A DNA stretch of 64,000 nt from Octopus bimaculoides (Eukaryota): the NCBI RefSeq assembly GCF_001194135.2, contig NC_068984.1:37698980-37762979 (forward strand). The letters are read 5' to 3'. The translations under genes and the position numbers were made by a program. Below, piece after piece: positions 52,307 through 64,000 of this stretch. Numbering within the stretch: position 1 is the first letter of the stretch; every line of letters starts with the position of its first letter. The notes under the pieces were generated by a model that was not told the DNA's origin, did no database searches, and was given only the letters and a program-made list of their open reading frames with translations.

Positions 52307-52780
52307 TCTCAGCAGGAAAATTTACCAAGTGCTATAAGAATGAAAAGCAGGCATGTAATTAAGAAAGAATCCAATAACAGTCAGACACTGAATGAGAGAA
52401 ATGAAGGTCAAAGGATTAATGACAACAATATCATGTTTTGGGAAAATAATCATAATAAACCATTTAACAAGAACATTGCCCTTCATTTTAAAACCCTTGA
52501 TGATTCTTTTACGATTTCTGCTTCTGATGAAAACTATGTGAACGATGAGACCATTTCTGCACACCCTGACTGCTGGATACTCAGTAATACTCCATCTGCA
52601 TCATCTCGAAATAACAGTTTATATTTATTGGAAGATGACAGCAGTGATGATGAAATAATATTGAAAACACCACCAAACTGTGTTAAACGGTCAAAATTAA
52701 ACACACTTTCTGAAGAACAGCTCGGGAAAGTAAAAACCATAAAAACAGCCCAGAATCCAAGCTATAAATTATTTCCTTAA
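52307..52780 (+). CDS. NIFK: Duplicated NIFK terminal exon 5b (SQQENLP...EDDSSDDEIILKTPP...SYKLFP*); would give a 344 aa isoform
   Basis: Poly-T/cag acceptor in phase 0, 157 open codons. 40 of 51 aa are identical to exon 5a over the C-terminal block. AATAAA at 52915-52920. Confidence 0.75.
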   Translation, partial: SQQENLPSAIRMKSRHVIKKESNNSQTLNERNEGQRINDNNIMFWENNHNKPFNKNIALHFKTLDDSFTISASDENYVNDETISAHPDCWILSNTPSASSRNNSLYLLEDDSSDDEIILKTPPNCVKRSKLNTLSEEQLGKVKTIKTAQNPSYKLFP

Positions 52781-52914
52781 CTAAAATCGTTTTGAAAATT
52801 TGACAAAAATACTTTAGCCTTATTTTTTTGCATTATGATATTATTTAAAACTAATTTTTGAAAGAAAGATATTTTTCTCAGCTATGGAAAGAAAGTTCAT
52901 TTTAAAATACATTC

Positions 52915-52920
52915 AATAAA
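52915..52920 (+). terminator. Poly(A) signal for exon 5b
   Basis: AATAAA (second copy at 52923-52928) followed by a T-rich tract. Confidence 0.5.
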
Positions 52921-54009
52921 AGAAATAAAACATTTTGGTTTTTTTTTTCTTTCTTTTTATTTTAATTTATCTTTCCTCACTATACTAAAGTTTCAAACTT
53001 GGTAAGCGTTCATTAAAGGGAGGTAACTTTTATTGGCCAAAACCGGAAAAATTCATCACAACCTTTTTCAGCATGATATCCATCATGTGTATATGTTTGT
53101 GTTCCATATATGTATATACGCGCACACTCATATATAGATACGTTTATAATCAGGAACCATTCTGAAGTTGAGCCTAGAATAAAATTGCATCATCTCGGAT
53201 GATAAGTAAAAATCAACTTCTACAGAAACATTCTTGTCTATTGTAGAGGTGATCTTCATGTGAAAAAAGCTCATAGATGCTTGATCTCGAAATCTGTACC
53301 AAGAGTCAGTGTATGCTGTGGAAAAAAAATTACAATGAATAATAATGTTTAATATTGTTCACAAACATTATATGTACACACTTAATTAACTTTTGATTAT
53401 TCTAGCAAGTAACAAAAAGATATTTTGGTTGCCTGAACAAGCATATCAAAGTGAGAAACTCTTAGTAACAACAGAATGAATTGTCAGCTTTGAATAAATC
53501 TATAAATACATAGCATCATCACCATTGTTACCACAATTTTATGTCCAATTTCTCTGTTGGTATTAAGTGGACAAAGCTTCACATTCCAAGTCAGTTCTTG
53601 TTTGAAGGCACTGCCTTCTTAGACAAGCCAGAAGATCATATCTTACTTGTATATTTCATTTTTACCTTAGTTTTAACAGCCATTGTTCCTGCTAACACCT
53701 ACCACATTGCAGAGTGTACTGCATGGCTCTCAAAGTCAGTCAACTTAAAAACCAAAGATTACAAGCACCGTCTCCTCTCTCACTCTCTCTCTCTCTGCCT
53801 TTGTTATTGATACGATAACATCCTCTGCACCTTGGAACTAGCTGGGCTCATGTCATCTCTATTCAAACACTTCTTATTTCTCCTCTTCTCACCATTTTTT
53901 TGAAACCAACTATCCCCACTTCTTCAAGCCATACATTCATCACTATACTTGGTCTTTTCTTCCCAGAACATCAGCCTGTGAAAATTTCTCCTTGCGCACA
54001 GATTTTGTC

Positions 54010-54152
54010 TTACAAACATTCAAGAGAAACATTAATGGCATCAGTCTCAACTGGTCTAGAATGGTCTGCAAAGGCCATTTGCACTGGCCCTTTCTCCAAA
54101 CTCCAAACAAAGTTAAGAAATGTTTGAAGAATCCTGCTAACTTCTCTTCTAT
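54010..54152 (-). CDS. Unidentified gene terminal exon (DRREVSRILQTFLNFVWSLEKG...VSLECL*)
   Basis: aaacag acceptor, phase 1 completes GAT, 46 codons then TAA. Confidence 0.75.
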
Positions 54153-54832
54153 CTGTTTTAAATATTGTATTGTATTTTTAAAATAAAGTGTTGATGCAAG
54201 CACAAATCTCATTTGAAAAATAGTCAAACAGGAGCAAATGGTGCTTTTGTTTCAAAATATCATTTCTCTTTGCATCTAGATTTAGTTTCAAAATACATAT
54301 GCCAATGATGGAGTCTCTACATGGTCACTTAACCTACAAGAAATAGCAGTCAAATCACCCCCAAATTACATGCTACTATCAGGAAGAGGAGGATGTCACA
54401 CTGGGAAATGTAGTCCTAGATATGCAATTTCTGAGAAAGAATAAGATAGTCATGGGCCAGAATGTTTTTGGTCAAAGTCCTTCTCAGAACTCGCCTAGAG
54501 CTAAAGAACAAATATGTTTTGCATTCAATCTTAGATTAGTGTGTGTGTGTGTACACACACACACACAAATTATTTAATTCCAAGAATTATTTTTCAGAAT
54601 TAGCACAGTAGAAATGAAACTCACCTTCTGTATTTTTAATTCTGTATTTACAACCATAGTGCCACTCATCATAACTAAAGGAATTCCAATCCTTCCTTGA
54701 TCTGAAGATAAAAATCAAAAATATGTGTGTCTTTAATACTTTAGAGACTAAGTCTATCAATACTCTTCTCCATTAAAGAAAATGAAAGATATTGAAAGTG
54801 TTTATTAATTATAAACTTATTTAAGTCCATAC

Positions 54833-54887
54833 CATTGATTCGAGGAATCACGTACTTCTTGATAACCAAATTTGTTAATGGATAGAA
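54833..54887 (-). CDS. Unidentified gene exon (FYPLTNLVIKKYVIPRIN)
   Basis: tcttttcag acceptor, G|gtatgg donor, phase 0 to 1. Confidence 0.8.
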
Positions 54888-55261
54888 CTGAAAAGATGAC
54901 AAAAAAGAAAAAAAATATTTGAAGAATTAAAATAGCCATGGTTATGAAAAAATGCATGAATGAACACAGAAATATAGTAACTGAGTATTTGCCAATATTA
55001 AGTGTATTTTCCAATGTGTTTAGATGAAAAATACAACATATCACCATTCAATCATCACTTTATTGACCAACAAACATAGTATGCAAATGCAAATGTTCCT
55101 GAGATCGGTGGACTGAAGAGATACGATACTTAGTTCCAATCTAGCCAAGAATCAGCTAAGTGAATGAAAAAAAACATCAATCCTATCCCCTGAACAGGCT
55201 GATAGATTTTTCCAAGGTAACATTGCTATGTGCTTCACTAATATATATCTATATCTATATA

Positions 55262-55781
55262 TCTATAATACATTAAATGTCAGATTGACTCTTGCTTGCT
55301 TGCTTGCAATGTTACTCACAAACTGGCACATAATAGGAAAATACTATGAATTAAGCTTCCCCTGAAATGTAAACACCAGTGGAATGAAACAAATTTCACA
55401 TAAATTGGATAAGTATTTGTGAAGATATTAAGGGTTTTTGAGGTATAAATGCCCAAAACGGTGCATAATAGGAAATGTCTCCGAAATTAACTTGATCTTG
55501 AAAGGGAAGTAACTCTTACAGTGACTTGACAACGAAAAATGTTTCTATTTTCCCTTTTGTTAAACAATATTTTAATCATTTAGAAATATTTTTAAGTGAA
55601 TGTGATTTCAAAAATGTAAGTTGTTTGTACAATAAGTATTTATATTCTAGCTTTCTTTAAACAGGTTATATTGCATTAAAAGTATGCAATATAACCTGGA
55701 AAAGGAAAAAACCACAAAGCAAAACTCCATTACTGGGAAACTCAGACTTTCCCATTGACTCAACGGGTCGCGATAGTCTAG
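55262..55781 (+). mobile_element. Non-autonomous Helitron-like element
   Basis: A|TC start (tctataatacattaaa), CTAG|T end, subterminal hairpin tgactc-aac-gggtcg, no TSD. Confidence 0.55.
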
Positions 55782-57554
55782 TATATATATATATATTATG
55801 TATTATTATTATTATTATTATAAGACAGTATTTTAGAAGTGAAGAGATGATTCATTGTCTTCTTTATACAAAGAAAGACAGTAAGATGTTGTACTTTAAC
55901 TTCCTATAATAAAGACTGTTTATCATATTAATGTTTAACTCTTATGATATCAACCTGCTAAAAACCACCATTGGTACAATGACACAAACTTTCTGTTTCA
56001 AAGTGATTCAAATCAAACCCTTCCATCAATATTTCATGTTAATATATGTTCTAAATCCCAGCTTAATAAGGACAAAGTTATTTTACTAAATTTTTGGCAC
56101 ATAAATAGCACCGCACCATTTGAGCATGATCGTTACCAGCGTCGCACAAGAAGAAACATTCGAGTGAGGTCGTTGCCAGTGCCGCTGGACTGGCTCCTGT
56201 GCAGGTGGCATGTAACAAATACCATTTTGAGTGTGGCCGTTGCCAGTACTGCCTGACTGACCCTTGTGCCGGTGACACGTAAAAGCACCCACTACACTCT
56301 CAGAGCAGTTGGCGTTAGGAAGGGCATCCAGCTGTAGAAACTCTGTCAGGTCAGATTGGAGCCTGGTGCAGCCATCTAGTTCGCCAGTCCTCAGTCAAAT
56401 CATCCAACCCATGCTAGCATGGAAGGCGGACGTTAAATGATGATGATGATGATAAAAGCAGTGTATTTCAACAGAAATCATCATCAGAGTCATCTTTTAT
56501 TATTCATCATCCATGACAGAATAGGTTAAATGGTTTGACTGGATCAGAAGAAAAAGAACAAGAAAAGGAGAAGGATGAAATAAATTTTCCAAACTATTAA
56601 TTTCACATCTTGTGCTTATCTTATCAATATTCCATTACACACACATGCACACGCATATTTAATCTGTCTACCATTGTTCCATAGCAGTTAAGGAAGAGTT
56701 AAGAATGTTTAACCTCTGATTCAAAAATTCAAATTTCTTAGTTCAAACCCAGCTTAGCCTATTAGCATTCAGATTACTCTTTCAAATGTAATGCTTATTT
56801 ATTCATTGTTTTTAATTAATCAAGCATTAACTCATGGCTTAAGATTTCAATGATTGTTACTTTTAGGATGACATTGTAGGATAGGGGTGGCTGGATCTGG
56901 TCAGTTTGAATATAAAACAGATAGAATATTTAGGCCAGATAGAGCTAGTTTAAATACCAAAGAGTTAGAGAATGTAGAGAGGCTTCTGTCAGCCAAAATT
57001 AATACTACATCTGCACATGTATGTGCAAGCAGGGATGGGATTTTATTAAGGAAAGTTGACAAGTTGCCCATGCATTCAAGTTTTCACTCTGCATAGCACT
57101 GATATTATTCAAGGCAAAGGCCACATACTAAGGCCAATACAGCTTAGCGTTAGTGTCACTGCAGGTGTTGCTGTCAGAACAGAAAGGATTGTAGCAGACA
57201 CCATAAGGTATTTTGCCTGACTCTTTAACAGATTCATCAATCTACCACCTTGAATCAGTAGTTTTTTACTGACCCTGAAAGGATGAAATGCAAAGTTGAC
57301 TGCAGCAAGATTTGAAATCACGCTACAGAGAGCCAAAACAAATTTGTGAGGTATTTTATCTAGCATCTAATAACTCAGCCACTTCACCACCATCAGAGAG
57401 CATATGTGTGCAGAAATATGGCATCTGAAATTAAGCAACGATTGGCCAAATGAAAACATAAAAACAGATGAGGTTAATAGTTCAGGAAATTTAAATTATC
57501 ACACCAATAATTCATATCAGAAATGTAGACATGTTATAAATTAAATAAACTCAC

Positions 57555-57603
57555 ATTGAAATTTTCACCATATAAACTATTTTTCCTATTAATTGTTTTG
57601 AAA
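57555..57603 (-). CDS. Unidentified gene exon (TFKTINRKNSLYGENFN)
   Basis: Poly-T/ccag acceptor, gtgagt donor, phase 2 to 0. Confidence 0.8.
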
Positions 57604-59179
57604 CTGGAAAAAGAAAAAAAAAAGAAAATGAGATTTGCAAATGATAAGAAATATAGACATCAGATAAATTTGTGCTTTATCAGATTTATATCCTGTCCCC
57701 TGTCACAAACTAATCTTGGAAAAAACTGGAGATTGTGTGTAAACATCAATTTTCAAAAAAACTAAAATGTCTGGGAAGTTTCTAGTGTGAGATATATAAA
57801 AAGAAATGAAAGCATGAACCTTTCACGTCTGATCAATTTATATATAAACTGATTTTTGGGGGGATAAAGTCCAAAATCAATAATTTATTGTATTGATTCC
57901 AGTATTTCACTCATATTTATCTTACTACACCTAAAGGGATGCAAAGTAAAATTGACTTCACTAGCATCTAAATTCAGAGCTTATAGGGATATTGAATAAA
58001 TATTCTATTTAGTCTTAGCATTGTGAAGGGACATGGCCTAGTGGTTAGGGTGTTTGGCCCATGATCATCATGTTGCAGGCTCAATTCCTGGATCAAGCAT
58101 CACATTGTGTCCCTAAGAAAGGCATTTCATCTTACACTGCTCCAATCTACTCAGCTGTAATGAGTACCAGTCAGGTACTGGTGCAGCCCCACTCTCTCTC
58201 TCCCCAGTGGTCACATCTTCGATGTTTCACTGGGTCATGGGTGAGAGGATTAGATTGTATCCTATGTCTTTTATTATTGACAACATAGTTCTCTAAAACA
58301 ATTAGTGAATGATGACTGATTGTACTTAGTCTAGCATGCTTTCTACTATTTCTGTATAATATTCATTTACTATTGTTTAGCCCATGTCAGCTACGATCAA
58401 GCAAACCTATAATCAAAGTATACTAATCATGACCATTCCATCTTATTTTCATACAGTATATCCAAGACTATATTATTCAAATGTTCTTCTTTTTTTAAGA
58501 TTATAGGAACTTGAGCTGCTATTTCTGGCAAGCAGAGTGACCATGTACTGGCTTCCACATTCTTTTGATTAGATACTATGTAGATGTTTCCAAAAGAAGG
58601 AGTCTAAAGCAATGAGAAAACTTGATTAATTTTTTAAAAATCAAAGGAAACCATGTTTCAAACTGCTGATACTATCTGTCAGTTGCAACACCTGGCACAA
58701 GTATCACCATCTTTTAGCTGACAGAGTACCATTTAAACCCAGAACGCACAGGGATGGAACTGATACTGCAAGGAAAGCCATCCAATGCAATAACAATTCT
58801 GAGAATCCATTGCCCTGAATTGGTACTTCGGATGAAAGACAAAGTTGACCTCAGCAGGATTTGAACTCAGAGCATAGAGAGTTGGAACAGATATAAGATA
58901 CCACAAGGCATTTTATCTTGCACTAATAATTCAGCCAATTCATCACCCTAGTATCAATAATACACTATGGTTAATTCAATTGTCTATATTATGTACCTGA
59001 GCAAAAAACATATTTATTCATATATATATAATTGCTTTATTTTATTTTTAAATATCTTCTCTCACATCATTGTACTATGATACAAAGTAGAATTTCGCAG
59101 ATATATTACTCCATAGAATTACATTGTCATACAACCACATATTGCTTGCAAGAAAATAGTTTAACTACATCAACCTTAA

Positions 59180-59398
59180 CCCTTTAGCATTCAGATTACT
59201 CTGTCAAATGTAATGCTTATTTATTCACATTGTTTGACTTAACGATCATTATTTTGTAGCCCCAGGATTTCAATGATGTGGTTGCTTGTTTTTTTTAATA
59301 TTATTATGGAGAAGGTGTGAAAAGCCAGATTTGACCAGTTTGAACATACAGCAAGTAGAATATTTGGGCCAGATATGGCCAGTTTAGATGCTAAAGAG
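59180..59398. mobile_element. Second piggyBac-type MITE family (related copy ~56755-56960)
   Basis: TTAA flanks; TIR ccctttagcat / atgctaaagag. Confidence 0.75.
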
Positions 59399-59785
59399 TT
59401 AAATTATTTCAACCAATATTTCTATCATTCATAATGAATTTTCATGAAGTATATTTCAATAATACAACATTCTAAAAAAAAAAAGAAAAGAAATAATAAA
59501 ATAAACCCTCTTTGCACTTTTTTTTTTTTTTTTTTTGTAGCTCTTTAACTCTTTTCAAATCAACCCATCTCAAAAAGCCCCTGGTTCTAAGATACAAACT
59601 TTCTGATTTAAAGTGATTTTAATTAAAACCTTCCATCAAAATTTTACACTGATTTATGTTCCAGACACTAGCTTAATAACGAGAAGGTTGTTTTTACTAA
59701 ATTCATTATTTTCAAAAGTAGCTAAAAAAAACAGCAGTGTGTTTCAACAAAAATATGATAATGAAAGGGTTAATGTTAAACTTAC

Positions 59786-59853
59786 GTAAATTTGACAATT
59801 TGTGAATAAAGTCTACTATCCTTAATGACAGCACTCATGTGTGCTTTTAAATC
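59786..59853 (-). CDS. Unidentified gene exon (DLKAHMSAVIKDSRLYSQIVKF)
   Basis: ttcattctttgttacag acceptor, gtaagt donor, phase 0 to 2. Confidence 0.8.
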
Positions 59854-60425
59854 CTGTAACAAAGAATGAAATGAAAATAAGAAGTTGGATAAACCTTAGT
59901 TTTGATATAAACAAATGTTTCATTGATGATTTACAAACAACAAATAAAATCATTGTAAAGTTTTCCTAATAATAAATCATGAGATCAATAATTGGCCCTA
60001 AATCAGTTGCTGTCAGCTTGCTGCCTTACAAGGGCTATATAATGAAATTATATTGAACCTTGGTGTGCAATCGGTCATGTTTTTGCTCGCTGATAATACA
60101 ATGTCCTATTTATATTTTAACTGCTTTAAAGTTTTTGTTTTTTTTAATGTGCTTAAAATGCAAGTGTTGTATCTGGTTAAAATATTTGATTTCTAAAGAA
60201 AACGCCCAACACCTCCATAGTAACCCCTTTTGACATATGCCACCCACTTATGGGCCATTAATGCTCCCAAGGAGGTGCTACCACCCAAGGGAAGAACCAC
60301 TACCTCTAAACTAACTAATATAAATGCTTTTTGTATGGAAAAGTAAATTTGAAGATAACATAACCTCTCTCAGTAATATGCAAATTTTCACATCTACTTA
60401 TGTACAACGAATCTCTCAACATTAC

Positions 60426-60474
60426 TTTAGCAAGTATGGTAAAATCTGTACTATGCTGAAGAAGTTTAACTAGA
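60426..60474 (-). CDS. Unidentified gene exon (GLVKLLQHSTDFTILAK)
   Basis: tttcag acceptor, gtaatg donor, phase 2 to 0. Confidence 0.6.
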
Positions 60475-61423
60475 CTGAAACATGTCTGGCGTTATTTCCT
60501 GTAATTACAATAATATTAATCATTGGCTGATGTTGTTTTATCCTCACAACATAACCATTTCAGATTATCCTTTTAATGCTAAACACTAAATCAAATAACA
60601 CTAAATTAAGTAATGTTTTTCTTGTAGATTACATCTTTGAGTAATATTTCTTCGTAATTTATTCTTTAAAACATTATGCTGTCAGTCATATTTGTATGAA
60701 TCCATGTGCATATCATTTGACACCAGGTAATTTGTAATAGAGAACGAAACAATTCTAAAAGAGGAAGAACAGACATCTAATGAGAGATAAAGTGTTTAGA
60801 AGTTATTAACAAGAGAGAAAGAAGGATAGGAGGCAACATATTTTATTATTTTACATTGAAGTGAATGAAATTACAAAAATATAGTAGAACAAGTTGTTTT
60901 TCTAGATTTCATCACTGAAGAAAAATATTTCACATAAGAGAATGTGAGAGGAAGCTAATAAGAGAAAGAAAGGCTAGAACAAAAATTATATCCAAAAAAG
61001 CAAGCAGAATATGAAAAGCTACAATAGTTTGTGACTACTCGAATTTTAATTGCTTGAGTGTAAGGTGTTGAAGGTTCCTTTGAACCAAATAATGTAGTAT
61101 TGAAACAAGAGAATTGGTTTGAACTTAGTTTCAGTCAATTTCAAGATCAAAGATGTCATTATTGTAATTGCATTTCAATATTTTTCATATAACTAGAAAA
61201 TTAATAAATACAGTGGAAAAGGAAAAAAAAAAAAAATTATTTATCATTACTATCAAAGTGCAGCAACTCATTAAAATAAATATTACTACCAAACAAAATG
61301 TACCCAGTACACTTTATAAAGTACTTGGTAAATTAGTGAAGACTATATAAAGTCTAAAAGACCCTTTAGTCTTGTTGAGTACGTAAATAATCTCTCTAAT
61401 GTTGTTGTTATAATAAAATGTAC

Positions 61424-61524
61424 CCAATAGGCTCTATAAAATGATTGGTGCTTGGAAAAGCATTCAACCATAGAAATCTTGCCAAAAATGGTAAGTAACA
61501 GTGTGCCTTGCTCTTCCAACTCAT
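61424..61524 (-). CDS. Unidentified gene exon (MSWKSKAHCYLPFLARFLWLNAFPSTNHFIEPI)
   Basis: gctcttgtag acceptor, GG|gtacat donor, phase 0 to 2. Confidence 0.65.
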
Positions 61525-62482
61525 CTACAAGAGCAGCAACTCGAAATAAGAACTGACTCACACTATGATAACCTGTTAATCCATAGCAATGTGGAAAGCA
61601 GATGTAAAAATAATGGTGGTGATAGTGGGGGAACAATGATGATGAAGAAGATAACAAAGAAGACAAAAATATGTAGTGGAAAAATGACATACAGCAGCAA
61701 AATTAGGCAGCCAGAAAACTAACTCTGAAAGACAGGTTCAATCCATTGCTGAACTATTTTACTTCAATTATTCCTTGTACTAGTAACTGCCAAACTTTTT
61801 AAACTGTTTGAAATAGAATAGCTAATACCAGCTGACTTGGGCTCAGAAATTTCAAATTAATTAAGATAAACATGTATTGCTGATATTAATTTTATCATCA
61901 CAACCACAGGTATGACTGTGTGGTAAGAAGTTTGCTTCCCAACCACAGGGCACCAGATTCAGTCCCACTATGTAGCACTCTGGGCAAGTGGTTTCTACTA
62001 TAGCCTCAGGCTGGTCACAGGCTTGTGAGTGGATCTGGTAGATGGAAACTGAAAGAAGCCTATCGTGTGTGTGTGTGTGTATTTATATCAGCAGGCTTCT
62101 TTCAGTTTCTGTCTACTAAATCCACTCACAAGGCTTTGGTCAGCCCAGGACTATAACAGAAGACACCCAAGTTGCCATACAGTGGGATTGAACCTGGAAC
62201 CATGTGGCTGGGAAGTAAACTTCTTGCCACAGAGGCACCTATTAAAAATCATTTTATACAGTAACTGAGGTACAAAATTACTATATATATGTAGATATAC
62301 ACACACACACACATACACATACACACACACACACACATACACACATACTCACATACATACAAGCAATCATTATGTCAAAATGTGTGAGCTAAAAAAATAA
62401 AATAAGTTGTGTGCATGGATACATATATAGAAAAAAAGATATTAAATATAAACAAACAAAACAAAATAAAATGACAACTTAC

Positions 62483-62607
62483 CAATTCAATCATGAATAT
62501 TGACACATTACGGCCATTCTTTAGAGGAATATTGAAATTTAATATTCCTTTAAAATTAAGCTGTATGGTGTCATCAAAAGTCCAGTGAGGACTTAGGTTA
62601 TTGAATA
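62483..62607 (-). CDS. Unidentified gene exon (VFNNLSPHWTFDDTIQLNFKGILNFNIPLKNGRNVSIFMIEL)
   Basis: tctctttcag acceptor, gtaagt donor, open 41 codons, ends in phase 0. Confidence 0.75.
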
Positions 62608-63006
62608 CTGAAAGAGATATAGATTCATTTGGGAATTGCTCACCAATCTACAAAAGAAAGATATAAGTGATATTGATAGAATTTTTGTCATTCTAATTAT
62701 ATATACATACATATATACATACAAACATTTTATATTTATTATTTGATTTAGGCATAACGATTGTTAGAACTCAGTATACATGTCCTTCAGAGCAAAGCAT
62801 CAGTTGAGTACAGAGCATTAATATGAAAATGAAATGGCAAAGGAATAAGAAATTACATCATAAACTTCAACATAATTTCTTATTCCCTTGTCGTTTTAAT
62901 TTCTTACACACACACACACACATATATATATCCATACACACACATATATAGTGGAATAAAATAAACACAAATATAAATATTAGGTTCTGTAGTGTGATTG
63001 ACTAAC

Positions 63007-63038
63007 CACTATAAAGAAGGTGATTAGATAATAATAAT
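63007..63038 (-). CDS. Unidentified minus-strand gene, most 5' exon found (LLLSNHLLYS)
   Basis: ctttcacatag acceptor, G|gttagt donor, phase compatible with the next exon. Short, so weaker. Confidence 0.5.
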
Positions 63039-63073
63039 CTATGTGAAAGTCTAACTCACACAATAGTAGTCCT

Positions 63074-63418
63074 CATGGTACTCCATCGGTTACGACGATG
63101 AGGGTTCCAGTTGATCTGATCAACAGAACAGCCTGCTCGTGAAATTAACGTGCAAGTGGCTGAGCACTCCACAGACATGTGTACCTTTAACGTAGATCTC
63201 GGGGAGATTCAGTGTGACACAGAATGTGACAAGACTGGCCCTTTGAAATACAGGTACAATAGAAACAGGAAGAAAGAGTGAGAGAAGGTTGTGGCAAAAG
63301 AGTACAGTAGGTGTTTTCACTCTATAAACACTCACAACACCCAGTCTGGGAATCAAAACCGCGATCCTACGACTGCGAGCCCGCTGCCCTAACCACTGGG
63401 CCATTATGCCTCCACTAG
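63074..63418 (-). mobile_element. Young tRNA-derived SINE
   Basis: 10-bp TSD tagtagtcct (63064-73, 63419-28); reverse head ggcataatggcccagtggttagggcagcg; retains many CpGs. Confidence 0.8.
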
Positions 63419-63685
63419 TAGTAGTCCTACATCTAAATGAACACAAGATCTATATATACATGAGTTAGTATGATTGCATACAAATAAGTAAATTAGTCAA
63501 GGACATTGGGGACCTTGAAGACTGCTAAAATGCAAGAAAGTGTACTAGTCCTTTAATATTTAATATTCAATATTTCATTTATTCAATAAGACAATCAATA
63601 CTTCATTTCATTTTACTGTATATACTATGTATTCTATATCTTACATTAATATTATAAGAATATAAATAGAGTTGAAATTATTTTG

Positions 63686-63723
<38 letters not shown>

Positions 63724-63956
63724 TTTTATTCTTTTCTTTTACTTGTTTCACTCATTTGACTGCAGCCATGCTGTAGCATTGCCTTTTAGTCAAGTAGATC
63801 GACTCCAGGGCTTATTCTTTGTAAGCCTAGAACTTATTCTACGGTATATTTTGCTGAACTGCTAAGTTACAGTGACATAAACACACCAGCATCAGTTGTC
63901 AAGCAATGTTGGAGGGCCAAACACACATACACAAATATATACACACACATACATAC

Positions 63957-63990
<34 letters not shown>

Positions 63991-64000
63991 GTATATATAT

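Noticed and set aside
53943-54227. 94-aa minus ORF
   Set aside because: Overlaps the real terminal exon in another frame.
61343-61690. 115-aa minus ORF (VSQFLFRVAALVDELEEQG...)
   Set aside because: The splice-consistent exon 61424-61524 uses a different frame; this frame needs a phase the upstream exon does not supply.
61693-61724. Micro-exon candidate LVFWLPNFAA with good splice sites
   Set aside because: Its phase-1 start is incompatible with the phase-0 end of exon 62483.

Overview
AT-rich animal genomic DNA with 8 assembly gaps, most of them next to microsatellites. The repeat families resemble those I recall from Octopus (inference, not verified). Positions 1-37.9 kb are mostly repeats: tRNA-derived SINEs, mariner, Chapaev, Tigger, R4/Dong-like LINE fragments, a Penelope-like element with hammerhead ribozyme motifs, and a ~4.6 kb inverted duplication. 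Positions 38.0-52.8 kb hold a 5-exon NIFK (Nop15-like RRM) gene on the + strand, plus a second, duplicated and diverged in-frame terminal exon 7 kb downstream. Positions 54.0-63.0 kb hold the 3' eight coding exons of an unidentified minus-strand gene that the ORF track misses; it converges tail-to-tail with NIFK and continues past the window. Repeats lose their CpGs from about 39.5 kb onward, consistent with gene-body methylation. The most interesting signals are the duplicated NIFK last exon and the Penelope repeat that joins a tRNA-like Pol III promoter to a minimal hammerhead ribozyme. All exon models were built by hand from splice signals and phase, with no database search. Repeat boundaries are approximate unless TSDs or TIRs are quoted.
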